A stretch of DNA of 64,000 nucleotides from Patescibacteria group bacterium (GTDB taxonomy: Bacteria > Patescibacteriota > Microgenomatia > 0-14-0-10-38-17), in assembly GCA_050953885.1 (NCBI GenBank), contig JBMNNJ010000001.1, positions 527,437-591,436 of the forward strand, given 5' to 3'. Positions 1 through 9,416 of the stretch are shown one piece after another. The notes below the pieces were generated by a model that did not search any database, was not told the origin of the DNA, and saw only the letters and a list, made by a program, of their open reading frames with translations. Made by a program: the position numbers and the translations under genes. Position 1 is the first letter of the stretch, and each line of letters opens with the position of its first letter.

Positions 1-103
1 TCCCCGTATTTATTTTGGCCAAAAAAAGGAAGCCGAACTTATTGAAGCCTACGACTTAAACACCGACTTAAGCTTTACAAAACTTAAAGAACTTCTTTGT
101 CTT

Positions 104-616
104 TTGGACAACTCAAAAGTTGCCGTCCAAAATAAAGAAGAAATTCTTAACTCTCCCCTCCTGCTTCAAGGTAAAAATCCGCAAATTATTTTCGAAAGCC
201 TTAATAAAATTGGCGTCGGTAAACTCCATGGCGTTTCTCTTGAAGTGATTGAAAACCAATTCCGGGGAAAAATTTGGGAAAAGCCTCTTCGGGAAAACCA
301 CTCTCCTGCTTCTCGGGCGGCTGGTAAAATTTGGGAAAGCGTTAGCCAAGGAAGGTTTTATCAGGCTCGGCTATGGGTGGCTTGGTATGAAGAAGCAATA
401 AGAAGAGAGGGGGGATTTTTTGCCCCTCAATCAAGCTGCGGCACCACCCTTGCCTCCATATTAGCCCTAAACCCACAATCTTATTATGGACGGCCGTTTT
501 TTGGCTTGGAAATCATCCCCCGCGCCAAAGCCTGCCCGGCCTGCGGTTGGCCGCTTTTAACTCCCGTCCCCGTCGGCGGCCATTGCCCCCATTGCGGAAC
601 CGAAAGAAAATGTTAA
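104..616 (+). CDS. hypothetical protein with C-terminal zinc-ribbon (CPxCG...HCPHCG)
   Basis: ORF track; two Cys pairs at the C-terminus; no recognisable family. Confidence 0.3.
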   Translation: MDNSKVAVQNKEEILNSPLLLQGKNPQIIFESLNKIGVGKLHGVSLEVIENQFRGKIWEKPLRENHSPASRAAGKIWESVSQGRFYQARLWVAWYEEAIRREGGFFAPQSSCGTTLASILALNPQSYYGRPFFGLEIIPRAKACPACGWPLLTPVPVGGHCPHCGTERKC

Positions 617-625
617 AATAACCTT

Positions 626-1336
626 ATGGGTAAAGGGGGAAAACCTTTTTTCTCGGTCATCATCCCTGCCTTTAATGAGGAAAAAACCATTAGCCAAACC
701 CTAGGGTCCGTTTTGAGGCAAAACTTCCCGCGCCGCCAATATGAGATAATCGTCGTTAATAATAACTCCACCGATAAAACCGCCGCCATCGTTAAAAAAT
801 TTCCGGCGGTAAAATTAATTCACGAACCAAAGCAAGGCTATGTTTATGCTCTAAAGCGAGGCGCCAAAGAGGCCAGCGGAGAAATTTTGGTTTTCACCGA
901 CGCAGACACCATTGTTCCCCCCGATTGGCTTAACCAATACCAAAAAGCATACCAGAACCTAAGAGTAGTAATGGTTGGCGGAGCGGCTAATTTTCAGCCT
1001 AAATTTGGTCTCATTTTTTTAGTACAAGCTTTTCTTAATCTTTTTGGCTTCTTAACCAAAGTTGCTTCGGGCTTTAATTTTTCCCTCCGCCGCCACACTT
1101 ATGAAAAAATTGGCGGCCTTAACCCGCAAATTAACTTTCACGCCGACACCGATCTAATCCTGCGCGCCAAAAAAGAAGGTAGGGCCGTTTTTCTTTTAAA
1201 AAATCGGGTGATTACCTCCAGTCGTCACTACCGCGGCCTTGAGGGAATTGGCTATGTTGTTAAGGGGGCTATCAATGCTCTTTGGTTATTTTTATTTAAA
1301 AAAACCCTTTTTTGGCATTTTGGCGAAGTCCGCTAA
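626..1336 (+). CDS. family 2 glycosyltransferase
   Basis: N-terminal 'FSVIIPAFNEE' nucleotide-sugar binding start, DxD-like 'TDADT'; typical GT2 layout. Confidence 0.7.
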   Translation: MGKGGKPFFSVIIPAFNEEKTISQTLGSVLRQNFPRRQYEIIVVNNNSTDKTAAIVKKFPAVKLIHEPKQGYVYALKRGAKEASGEILVFTDADTIVPPDWLNQYQKAYQNLRVVMVGGAANFQPKFGLIFLVQAFLNLFGFLTKVASGFNFSLRRHTYEKIGGLNPQINFHADTDLILRAKKEGRAVFLLKNRVITSSRHYRGLEGIGYVVKGAINALWLFLFKKTLFWHFGEVR

Positions 1337-1717
1337 TTGTCAAAAAAAATAGAAAGTGCTAAACTAACAGCAATGACGCCTAAACTTTTAGCCCAGGTGG
1401 ATATCGGCCAAGAAACTAAAATTAACCCCACCCAGGGAATTAGCAGCCCTTCTCAATTCCAAACCATTGGGGGGTTAATTTCCGCCATTTTGCCTAACCT
1501 TTATGTGGCCGCGGGCTTGATTTTGCTTTTTTTCTTGATTTTTGGCGGCTTTATGGTTATATTAGGAGCAGGGAAGGGCGAAAGCCAGCAAGCCGAACAG
1601 GGCAAAAAAATTGTCACCCGCACCATAATCGGTTTCTTGATTATTTTTTTAAGTTACTGGATTATTCGCATTATAGAAATTATCACCGGAGTAAAGATTT
1701 TTAGTCCTTCGCTTTAA
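1337..1717 (+). CDS. T4SS pilin-like (VirB2/TrbC-like) small membrane protein, paralog 1
   Basis: ~120 aa, two hydrophobic helices flanking the conserved 'GGF.V..GAGKGE...A......IGFLIIF' core shared with six neighbouring paralogs. Confidence 0.5.
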   Translation: MSKKIESAKLTAMTPKLLAQVDIGQETKINPTQGISSPSQFQTIGGLISAILPNLYVAAGLILLFFLIFGGFMVILGAGKGESQQAEQGKKIVTRTIIGFLIIFLSYWIIRIIEIITGVKIFSPSL

Positions 1718-1734
1718 ATTACAAGACAAATTTT

Positions 1735-2103
1735 ATGGCTAGCAACAATAAAAAGATCGTACCTTTTTTAGCCGGGGTTGTGGGTGAAATCACTCCCCCT
1801 CCCATTGGCTATCCGGACATAGAAGCAGGCGGCTTGGGAAGTTTTTTGAACAATATTTTAATGTTAATCACCACCGTGGCCGGCCTTTTCGCCCTCTTTA
1901 ATTTTATTATGGCCGGTTTTGGTTATATGTCGGCCAACGGCGACGAAAAGAAAGTCCAACAGGCTTGGACAAAGATTTGGCAAAGCCTTCTAGGCTTAGG
2001 CATTGTGGCCACCGCTTTTCTAATTGCCGCCTTAGTTGGCTGGATTTTCTTTAAAGACCCCACCTTTATTATTAACCCAAAGATATATGGACCGGGGCAG
2101 TGA
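1735..2103 (+). CDS. T4SS pilin-like small membrane protein, paralog 2
   Basis: Motif 'AGFGYMSANGDEKK...LLGLGIV' between two TM helices. Confidence 0.5.
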   Translation: MASNNKKIVPFLAGVVGEITPPPIGYPDIEAGGLGSFLNNILMLITTVAGLFALFNFIMAGFGYMSANGDEKKVQQAWTKIWQSLLGLGIVATAFLIAALVGWIFFKDPTFIINPKIYGPGQ

Positions 2104-2417
2104 ACAAGGCAAGATACTAAGATACTGAGAGACACGATAAAGCAAATTCAAAAGTCAAAAGTCAAAAACAATAAATAAACTCAAATCGCAAAACGCAAAA
2201 CTCAAATCTACAACGCAAAACTTAAAACTTAAAAGACAAAAACAGAATTACAATTTAGAAATACAAATATTATTAAGCCCTAAAGTTTTTTAGTTTTGAG
2301 TTTTAACATGTAGTTTTGAGATTTGAGATTTGCGTTTTGAGTTTATTTTTCGTTTTCATTCGTGTCTTTTAATAATTTCTTAATTTCCTTTTTTTAACAA
2401 CTTAGCAATATAATTCT
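2104..2417. repeat. mosaic hairpin-forming intergenic repeat (contains 170-bp core element copy 1 at ~2177-2350)
   Basis: A-rich 'caaaagtcaaaa/aaactcaaat' arm, core 'gaaagacaaaaacagaattacaatttagaaatacaaatatta', then the complementary T-rich 'tttgagtttt' arm. Confidence 0.8.
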
Positions 2418-2795
2418 ATGTCCAATTATAATTTTCTTGCCCAAAGAGAAGTTCCTATTGCTCCCGATGGCGGGCTTTACGGACCTGGCCCCACAGCACC
2501 CACCACCTCCACCGGCCTAGGCGAAGGTATCGCTCATTTGATTTCCGTAGTTATCGGCCTCTTTACTTTAGTCGCCGGTCTTTGGTTTCTTTTTCAACTT
2601 ATTTTAGGCGGCTACGCTTATATGAGCGCCGGCGGCAACAAAGAAAAGGCGCAGGCTGCTAGTCAAAAAATTACCCAAGCTTTAATTGGCTTAGTGATTG
2701 TGGTTTTGGCTATCTTTATTATTAATCTCCTTGGCTATATTTTGGGCGTTGACTTCCTTGATATTATCGGGATTATCCAAAACTTAACTTTTTAA
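2418..2795 (+). CDS. T4SS pilin-like small membrane protein, paralog 3
   Basis: Motif 'GGYAYMSAGGNKEKAQAA...ALIGLVIVV'. Confidence 0.5.
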   Translation: MSNYNFLAQREVPIAPDGGLYGPGPTAPTTSTGLGEGIAHLISVVIGLFTLVAGLWFLFQLILGGYAYMSAGGNKEKAQAASQKITQALIGLVIVVLAIFIINLLGYILGVDFLDIIGIIQNLTF

Positions 2796-2804
2796 TATCC
2801 TAAG

Positions 2805-3140
2805 ATGAAACTGGCACAAGGCACAATATACAACCCTCTTCTACCCATAGAGCTTCAACAGCCACCGGCGCAGGCGCCAAATACTCTTCAGCATATTCTT
2901 TCCACCGCCATAACCCTGGCCTTAATTGGCGCCAGCGTTGTTTTTCTTTTTATTATCATCACCAGCGGCATTTCTTATATGACGGCGGGAGGAGATAAAG
3001 AAAAAAAGGTGGCCGCTTCTACCCGCCTTACCAATGGGGTTATCGGTTTGGCGATTGTTTTTTGCCTTTTTGCCTTTGCCCAACTTCTCTCTTCCCTTTT
3101 TGGCATCAATTTGTTAGAATTTACTATTCCCAGACTTTAA
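2805..3140 (+). CDS. T4SS pilin-like small membrane protein, paralog 4
   Basis: Motif 'SGISYMTAGGDKEKKVAA...GVIGLAIVF'. Confidence 0.5.
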   Translation: MKLAQGTIYNPLLPIELQQPPAQAPNTLQHILSTAITLALIGASVVFLFIIITSGISYMTAGGDKEKKVAASTRLTNGVIGLAIVFCLFAFAQLLSSLFGINLLEFTIPRL

Positions 3141-3158
3141 TTTTAAAATAAAAAGGAG

Positions 3159-3509
3159 GTGAAAAAAATGTTTAATGTTCTCGCTCAACAAGCAACCATC
3201 GACATTAATCCCGGAGAAGGATTTGAAGACATTGCCAACATTACCGTTGGTTCAATTTTAAGCGGCGCAATCCAATTGGTGTTAATCGTTGCCGCCCTTG
3301 TCTTTTTCTTTCTCTTAATTATCGGTGGTATCCGCTGGATGACGGCCGGAGGCGATAAGGAAAAAGCGGGCGCGGCTCGGGGCCAGCTCACCTCGGCTTT
3401 AATTGGCTTGGCAATTGTTTTTGCCGCTTGGGCTATTATCCGCTTAATCGAGGTTCTCTTCGGCGTTTCTATTATTAGCGGCTTTGAAATTCCCTCCTTT
3501 GTACCTTAA
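3159..3509 (+). CDS. T4SS pilin-like small membrane protein, paralog 5
   Basis: Motif 'GGIRWMTAGGDKEKAGAA...ALIGLAIVF'; perfect SD 'aaaggaggtg' 8 nt upstream. Confidence 0.55.
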   Translation: MKKMFNVLAQQATIDINPGEGFEDIANITVGSILSGAIQLVLIVAALVFFFLLIIGGIRWMTAGGDKEKAGAARGQLTSALIGLAIVFAAWAIIRLIEVLFGVSIISGFEIPSFVP

Positions 3510-3528
3510 TAACTTTTAAAACTTAAAA

Positions 3529-3903
3529 ATGTTATTAAAAAAGAAGGGGAGGAAAAAACAAGTGGCCGGACTTTTATTAGCGCAAGGTAGTGGGTGGCAG
3601 ACTAACGCTGATTATATCGCGGAAGGCGATGTGCCTACTATCTACGGCCTTGAGGCAATCGTGGCCAATATCCTCAATATTATTATCGGGTTGGCCGGGG
3701 TGGTTCTTTTGCTCATGCTAATAGGGGGTGGTTTTGGCTACATTACCTCTGGCGGTGATAAAGAAAAAGCGGCCAAGGCCAAAAACACCCTCACCTACGC
3801 CATTTTAGGCCTTTTGGTTATTTTGGGCGCTTGGCTAATTATCCGTTTAATCGAGGAATTTACCGGCTTAAATTTGCACATTTTCCAAATTCCCAAAATA
3901 TAA
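3529..3903 (+). CDS. T4SS pilin-like small membrane protein, paralog 6
   Basis: Motif 'GGFGYITSGGDKEKAAKA...AILGLLVIL'; stop overlaps the next start (TAATG). Confidence 0.5.
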   Translation: MLLKKKGRKKQVAGLLLAQGSGWQTNADYIAEGDVPTIYGLEAIVANILNIIIGLAGVVLLLMLIGGGFGYITSGGDKEKAAKAKNTLTYAILGLLVILGAWLIIRLIEEFTGLNLHIFQIPKI

Positions 3904-5900
3904 TGAAAAAGTTCCCCTTTGCCGTTAGCCTTTCCGTTTTTCTTTTCTTAGTGGCCGCAGAAGCTTGGGCAAATCCCCTTACTTATACTATTGAGTACCG
4001 AAACCGCAATATTTCTATTCCTGAAGAAAAGAAACAAGCGGTTATCAATCAAGCCCTAAAAAGTTGGCCAAATAGTAAAATTGAGATTAGCTGGGATTAT
4101 GTTTACAACAGCGCCATCAACCATAATTGGAATCCTGCTTTTGTTATTGCTCTCTGGATTGAAGAATCGGGAGCCAGCGGCGTTAGCGCTTATGATGTTG
4201 GTTGCTTAGGCGGATCACCCAATAATATTCCCAGCCAACTTAATTGCCTTTTTAGCCGCCCTTATGCTAACGAAACCTTCCGCACTTTTATGTGCAAATA
4301 TAGCGGAGAAAAAGAGGATTGCTACACCAATCCTAATTATAATTTTTTAAACAACCCCTATTTCCCTACCAACCTAGGCATTTGGTATTACCGGCTTGCC
4401 GGTAACGCCGGTCTGGGAGGTAGCGTTGGCGATGGCGGTGAGCCTACAGAACCGGGCGGCTCTTTTTATACCGAAGAAACAATTTTCTTAAAAGACAGCC
4501 TTGCCTCAAACGACCTTCTCCTCGACTACCGCTATTATCGCGAAGAAAGTCGCCCCACCCCCGCTCCTCCTCCCCCTAATATTTCTCCCGCCCCAAAAGT
4601 TCAGGGCGCTACAACAGAAAGAGGAACTAAATCGTTTGATGGGGAGTTAAATATCACCGAAGAGGGGAAAAACCTCCCTAATTTTAAAATAATGGAGGAA
4701 ACTTTATCTTTTTCTTTAGAAAGACTACTGCCGGAAAGTCTAAGAAAAGAATTATCAATTAATCCCCAAGAAATTAGCGGTAAGGCGCGGCACTTTGTCT
4801 ATGGCTTAAGCGAAAATGAAGGTAAGTTAGCGATCAATAGCGCCGCAGAAGGAATTCCCCGGGAAATTCCTGAAGAAAAAGCCGCCTTTCCCTCTTGGTG
4901 GGGCCAGCTGGTTGGGGAAAGCAAGGTAGTCTGCGGTCTTTTTAACACTTGCCCCGCCCCAGAAAGCCTTAAAATTAAAGTCGCCGCCGCTGACGAATAC
5001 AATCCTCCCGAAGGCCTCGGCCACCGAAACTCCTCTTCTTTGGTTGACGAAGAAAATCTTGATAACGAAGTCATTAGCTCTCACTTCACTATCATCAGCT
5101 TTTTTACCAGAATTATTGAGGAAATCACCGAATTCTTTGAATATTGGGGAGAAGTTCTTATCGCCAAAAAAGAAACCACCACTACCACCGCCTTAGCCGA
5201 AACACGGGCAATTGTCCCCGGCGGCGAGAATATCAGAGAAAACACTTCTTTTTTCAAAGGCTTCCTCCCCGCTTCGGCTATTCCTGCCCATCACAACTCG
5301 CCTCTAAAAGTAAGCGCCGATTATGAAGTTTCTTCAGGATACACCCTTATAGGAGAAGAGAAGCTGGAATATCATAATTTAGGCGCTACCCAAAGAAATT
5401 ATTGCTTGAGTCTTTGTTCACAATATCCAGCCGGCTTTAATATCAGCCAAATTGACCCCCTTTGCCCTTCTTGCCGTCCAGATGATTATCCTCTCGAAGG
5501 CTACGGCGATATTCCTTTAAGCAAAGAGCTGTGCCGATCCCCAAATGGGAAGATAAGACAAGAAGACGAAGAAGGAGAATGCCATTATTATGATCTCCCC
5601 AACGGAGCCAATGAGGGCTGTGAAGAAGGTCAGGATCCGGTTTGCGAAGGCGGGAGATGCAATCCTTATGAATTTTATACCGACGATTATATTAAAAAAT
5701 GCGGCACTACCCCTTGGTACGGAAGCTGTCGTGATGTTAATGTTTGCGAGTTGATGACCTTTGCTAAAAATCCCGCCGGCGGGTTTGGCGAATGCCAATA
5801 CGCCAACCCCACCGTTTGTGTTCGCACCGATCGTCTTAAGGTAGGCAAATGCGCTGCGGTTTGCAACTTGGCCTGTTGCGCGGAGCAGAAGAAAAAATAA
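3903..5900 (+). CDS. secreted cysteine-rich protein (start chosen at internal ATG 3903; signal peptide MKKFPFAVSLSVFLFLVAAEAWA)
   Basis: Signal peptide; about 30 Cys clustered in the C-terminal 180 aa; no known family. The ORF-track start at 3831 overlaps the previous gene. Confidence 0.45.
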   Translation: MKKFPFAVSLSVFLFLVAAEAWANPLTYTIEYRNRNISIPEEKKQAVINQALKSWPNSKIEISWDYVYNSAINHNWNPAFVIALWIEESGASGVSAYDVGCLGGSPNNIPSQLNCLFSRPYANETFRTFMCKYSGEKEDCYTNPNYNFLNNPYFPTNLGIWYYRLAGNAGLGGSVGDGGEPTEPGGSFYTEETIFLKDSLASNDLLLDYRYYREESRPTPAPPPPNISPAPKVQGATTERGTKSFDGELNITEEGKNLPNFKIMEETLSFSLERLLPESLRKELSINPQEISGKARHFVYGLSENEGKLAINSAAEGIPREIPEEKAAFPSWWGQLVGESKVVCGLFNTCPAPESLKIKVAAADEYNPPEGLGHRNSSSLVDEENLDNEVISSHFTIISFFTRIIEEITEFFEYWGEVLIAKKETTTTTALAETRAIVPGGENIRENTSFFKGFLPASAIPAHHNSPLKVSADYEVSSGYTLIGEEKLEYHNLGATQRNYCLSLCSQYPAGFNISQIDPLCPSCRPDDYPLEGYGDIPLSKELCRSPNGKIRQEDEEGECHYYDLPNGANEGCEEGQDPVCEGGRCNPYEFYTDDYIKKCGTTPWYGSCRDVNVCELMTFAKNPAGGFGECQYANPTVCVRTDRLKVGKCAAVCNLACCAEQKKK

Positions 5901-5919
5901 TTGCATTTTAAAAATTTTT

Positions 5920-7482
5920 GTGGTACTTTTAAACTATAAAAAGATGACCTTTTCTTTTTCTTGCAAACTTTCTTGCAAAAAACTATTTTTAGCTTTCTTT
6001 ATTTTTGGGACTGCTTTTCTTTTATTGGTCCCAAAAATAAAAGCGGTAAACGCTTATTACGAGCCGGGGACAGGCGGCGGGGTCGGCGGGAAAGTCGCTT
6101 CCTTTGAAGAAGCAGTTTACGAAACCAATGAATTTAACAACGAAAGCCATTCTTATGCCACCACCGAAAATATTATCCAAAGCCTCAACAATATGATTTT
6201 GGGTTGCGCCACTGAAACATGCGCAAATGCTTTAGCCTCAAAAGGTTTGCCTACCAACGGCGCCGTTGGCGCCGCCAGCGGCTTGATCGCCTCTCTTTAC
6301 GCCACCCCACCCGCCTCTTCTGCTTATTACTTGGCTGACTTGGGCCAGCGGCTTAATCTAACTCAATCGGTCTACGCCCAAGGAATCGGTTTTTCCGGCC
6401 TCAACCCTCTCTTGGATCTTTGGAAAGCGGCTCGCAACGTAGCCTACACTTTCTTTATTTTTGTCTTCCTAATTATTGGTTTTGCCATTATGTTTCGGGC
6501 CAAAATTAACCCCCAAACGGTGGTCACCATTCAAAGCGCCATCCCCAAGGCGGTGGTGGCCCTGATTTTGGTTACCTTTTCCTACGCCATCGCCGGGTTA
6601 ATGATTGATTTGATGTACCTCTCAATCGGTTTACTTTTTGGTCTTATCCCCGCTAATTTTAAAGCTTTTCTTCCTCATGGCAGCGATGTTACTCCTTATT
6701 ACACCGGCGGCTTTGGTGAGCTTATTCATAATGTTTGGGATGCCGGCTGGGGATCCTTCTGGAGAGTTCTTACCGAAGGTGTTGGTTGGACAGGACTAGG
6801 AGTTGATGCTGGCATAACAGGAATCGCTGCCGGTATCGCCGCACTGCTTTCCGGACCTACAGGCTGGGTTGCCCTAGCCACTGCCGTAGCTACCCCTATA
6901 CTATTAATATTCCTCGTCGCTATAATCGTTCTTTTCGCCACCGTCAAAATTTTTTGGGTGCTTTTGGTTTCTTATATCAACATCATCATTAGTATTTTGA
7001 TTGCCCCTATTCAGTTAATGCTTTCCGCCATCCCCGGCCAAAATACTTTTGGCCCCTGGATAAGCAATCTCTTAAAAAATATTCTTGTTTTTCCTGCCAC
7101 CGTCGGTATGTTTATTTTAGCCTTTATCCTCTCCGATCTTTCTAAAATAAGCGGTGATCAAAATCTTTGGGTGCCACCTCTTTTAGGTTTTTGGGGCGAA
7201 AAAACCAGTCAAGCAATCGGGGGGTTGTTAGGTTTTGGTATCATCTTGATGACCCCTAAAGTAGCTGATATAATCAAGAGTATGTTTGAGAAAAAGCCCT
7301 TCGCCGCCGGGACGGCGATAGGGGAAGCATTGGGACCGGCTAAGGGAATAGGAAAAGCCGCAGGATGGGTAGGGGTTAGTAGTGGCGCTGAAGCAATCAC
7401 GGCGGGCTGGAGTGGAGCAACGCAACCCCCAATAAAGAAGGGAGTCAGAACAATTCTCCAACGTACAAAAATAGTCCAATAA
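5920..7482 (+). CDS. polytopic membrane protein, VirB6/TrbL-like (contextual assignment)
   Basis: At least five long hydrophobic helices, Gly-rich loops, placed after the pilin genes in a T4SS-like locus. Confidence 0.4.
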   Translation: MVLLNYKKMTFSFSCKLSCKKLFLAFFIFGTAFLLLVPKIKAVNAYYEPGTGGGVGGKVASFEEAVYETNEFNNESHSYATTENIIQSLNNMILGCATETCANALASKGLPTNGAVGAASGLIASLYATPPASSAYYLADLGQRLNLTQSVYAQGIGFSGLNPLLDLWKAARNVAYTFFIFVFLIIGFAIMFRAKINPQTVVTIQSAIPKAVVALILVTFSYAIAGLMIDLMYLSIGLLFGLIPANFKAFLPHGSDVTPYYTGGFGELIHNVWDAGWGSFWRVLTEGVGWTGLGVDAGITGIAAGIAALLSGPTGWVALATAVATPILLIFLVAIIVLFATVKIFWVLLVSYINIIISILIAPIQLMLSAIPGQNTFGPWISNLLKNILVFPATVGMFILAFILSDLSKISGDQNLWVPPLLGFWGEKTSQAIGGLLGFGIILMTPKVADIIKSMFEKKPFAAGTAIGEALGPAKGIGKAAGWVGVSSGAEAITAGWSGATQPPIKKGVRTILQRTKIVQ

Positions 7483-7692
7483 TAGCATGCTCCAAAGAAC
7501 TAAAAAAGTCGCTGGAAAACTCCTTCTTTCTGCCATTTACAAAGAGGCGGCAAACCATTCAGCTAAAGGAAAAGAGCCGTGGAATACTGTAAGAAGACTG
7601 ACTAAAAAGAAAGCAGAACAAAAATAAGCCTACATTCATTAACGTAAATAAGCTTATTTTAACATCTCTTTCCCTCAAGACAAAACAATAAC

Positions 7693-9309
7693 TTATTTGT
7701 TCTTTCTCCCCTCATGTAGAGGAAGACATTCTTGTTTAGATAAGACATTTTGTATTGACTCCCATGCTTCACGAGAGTCAGAAAAAAATCCTGCCGTTTC
7801 ACAGGCCGCCTTCACATATTCAATAAGACCCTTAGAACTTCCTGCCCCCAAACTTTTAAGTAATCCATCTAAAATACCAGGAGCAACTACATCCGCTCTT
7901 CTATTTTTGCTTATTGTAGATGTTCCTAACGTTAACAATCTCCCTCCAATCAAATTTATTTTCAGTAATTTCTTTTCTTCATCATCCAAATCCCCCGTGC
8001 CTAATTGAATATCCTTATTAATCACCCTTAAGGCTTCAGGCGTTACTAATTCAGCCACCATATCTGGCAATTTATTTTCCCAAAAAATCTTTCTCACTCG
8101 ATTCTGCCTAAACATACAATAAAGCCAAGAGCTAAAGGCTGTTTCCGGAGTTTCTTTAAGTACATCCTTTAGGTTCTCCCCACCCATCCAGCGGTCAAAA
8201 ATAGATTTTTTTCCCCCTTTAGGCCCAACTTTGGTAGCATGCCAAAAATCAGTTGTTAAGCTGTCCGGAGCTGTCTGGGCCAAGACCGGTGGCCCTGCCG
8301 GTCTGCCCAGCCTTAAATCAGCTAAGGTCTTACCTCTAAAAAAGAAAAGTTTTATCAAATCAGATTGCTGCTCATTATAAAAAGTGCAATCTCCCTCTGG
8401 CTTTTCCCCTCTTTTATCCTTCTCGCCTCCCAACCAAACAGACAAGAGTGTTACTGTTGCCAAATGTTTGGCTAAAATAACCGCTCTCTTAGCTACAAAA
8501 GAATTCACACCTTCCTCGACTAATTGTTTCTCCAACATTTCCGCAAATTTCCTTCTCTCTTCTTCAGTGGAATCTTTTTCTTGTAGAATCTTAGTAAAAG
8601 TCGTTTCTATTTTTCTCCCCGCCGGTGTTTTTAATTCAACCCCAAGGTGTATATCTATTATAAGTCTCAATGCCCTCTCTGTCGCTGGACCATAATCGGG
8701 AGTTTCCAACAAATCTTTCATCATTGAAGGAGGCAAAGTCTCCAAATACGATGCACTTAAAAAAAGTCTTTCTGCATAAGTATCAACATCGCTTTCCAGG
8801 GGAGACCGTTGGGCAAAAACATTTTGAAGTCTAATCGCCGCTTCTACTTGATGAAGCACTTTCCCCCATTCTTCAGCTTCTTCTTCATTTTTTCTTTTCC
8901 TTTCTCCCTCACTCCCCATGCCTTCTCCTTTACTTTCTTCCCCAAAGGGTTGGCGTTGATATTTTCTAAGATAAGACTCTGGCAAACCGCCTATTCCCTG
9001 AAGGTGAATAGAAAATTTATCAGAATAAGCTCTCCTATTTAAAGCGTCAATAACCGGACGCACCGACCATGGCTCTATCGCCTCTGGTTTTTTCTCGTTG
9101 CTTTCTCTTGGAAATAACAGCTCAAAAATAATCACTTCTCTCCCGCCTTGTGGCGCAACTTCGGGATTACTAAGCATCTCCGCTATCCCCACCGATAACT
9201 CTCGCAACTTCATTTGCTCCTGCGTTAGCGCCTCTGGCCAACCAAGTTCCCCCTGGTTTACCTCTTCCGACGGTCTTCCTCCTGGTCTTTCTCCTTCAAC
9301 TCCTAGCAT
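7693..9309 (-). CDS. hypothetical cytoplasmic protein (acidic, no TM)
   Basis: Long ORF antisense to the T4SS-like genes; no recognisable motif. Confidence 0.5.
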   Translation of the reverse strand: MLGVEGERPGGRPSEEVNQGELGWPEALTQEQMKLRELSVGIAEMLSNPEVAPQGGREVIIFELLFPRESNEKKPEAIEPWSVRPVIDALNRRAYSDKFSIHLQGIGGLPESYLRKYQRQPFGEESKGEGMGSEGERKRKNEEEAEEWGKVLHQVEAAIRLQNVFAQRSPLESDVDTYAERLFLSASYLETLPPSMMKDLLETPDYGPATERALRLIIDIHLGVELKTPAGRKIETTFTKILQEKDSTEEERRKFAEMLEKQLVEEGVNSFVAKRAVILAKHLATVTLLSVWLGGEKDKRGEKPEGDCTFYNEQQSDLIKLFFFRGKTLADLRLGRPAGPPVLAQTAPDSLTTDFWHATKVGPKGGKKSIFDRWMGGENLKDVLKETPETAFSSWLYCMFRQNRVRKIFWENKLPDMVAELVTPEALRVINKDIQLGTGDLDDEEKKLLKINLIGGRLLTLGTSTISKNRRADVVAPGILDGLLKSLGAGSSKGLIEYVKAACETAGFFSDSREAWESIQNVLSKQECLPLHEGRKNK

Positions 9310-9416
9310 ATTTAACCTAGCAATAATTACTTATTTAAATAAATTCTACCATATTAAATATTTTCTCTCTAAAACCATTATATCACATTAAATTAATCAA
9401 TTTTTCCTATCACAGA

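Noticed and set aside
3185-3391. Antisense ORFs within pilin genes and other large genes (e.g. 3185-3391, 4799-5084, 11830-12379, 16018-16878)
   Set aside because: They are shadow ORFs opposite well-supported CDSs, with biased low-complexity composition.
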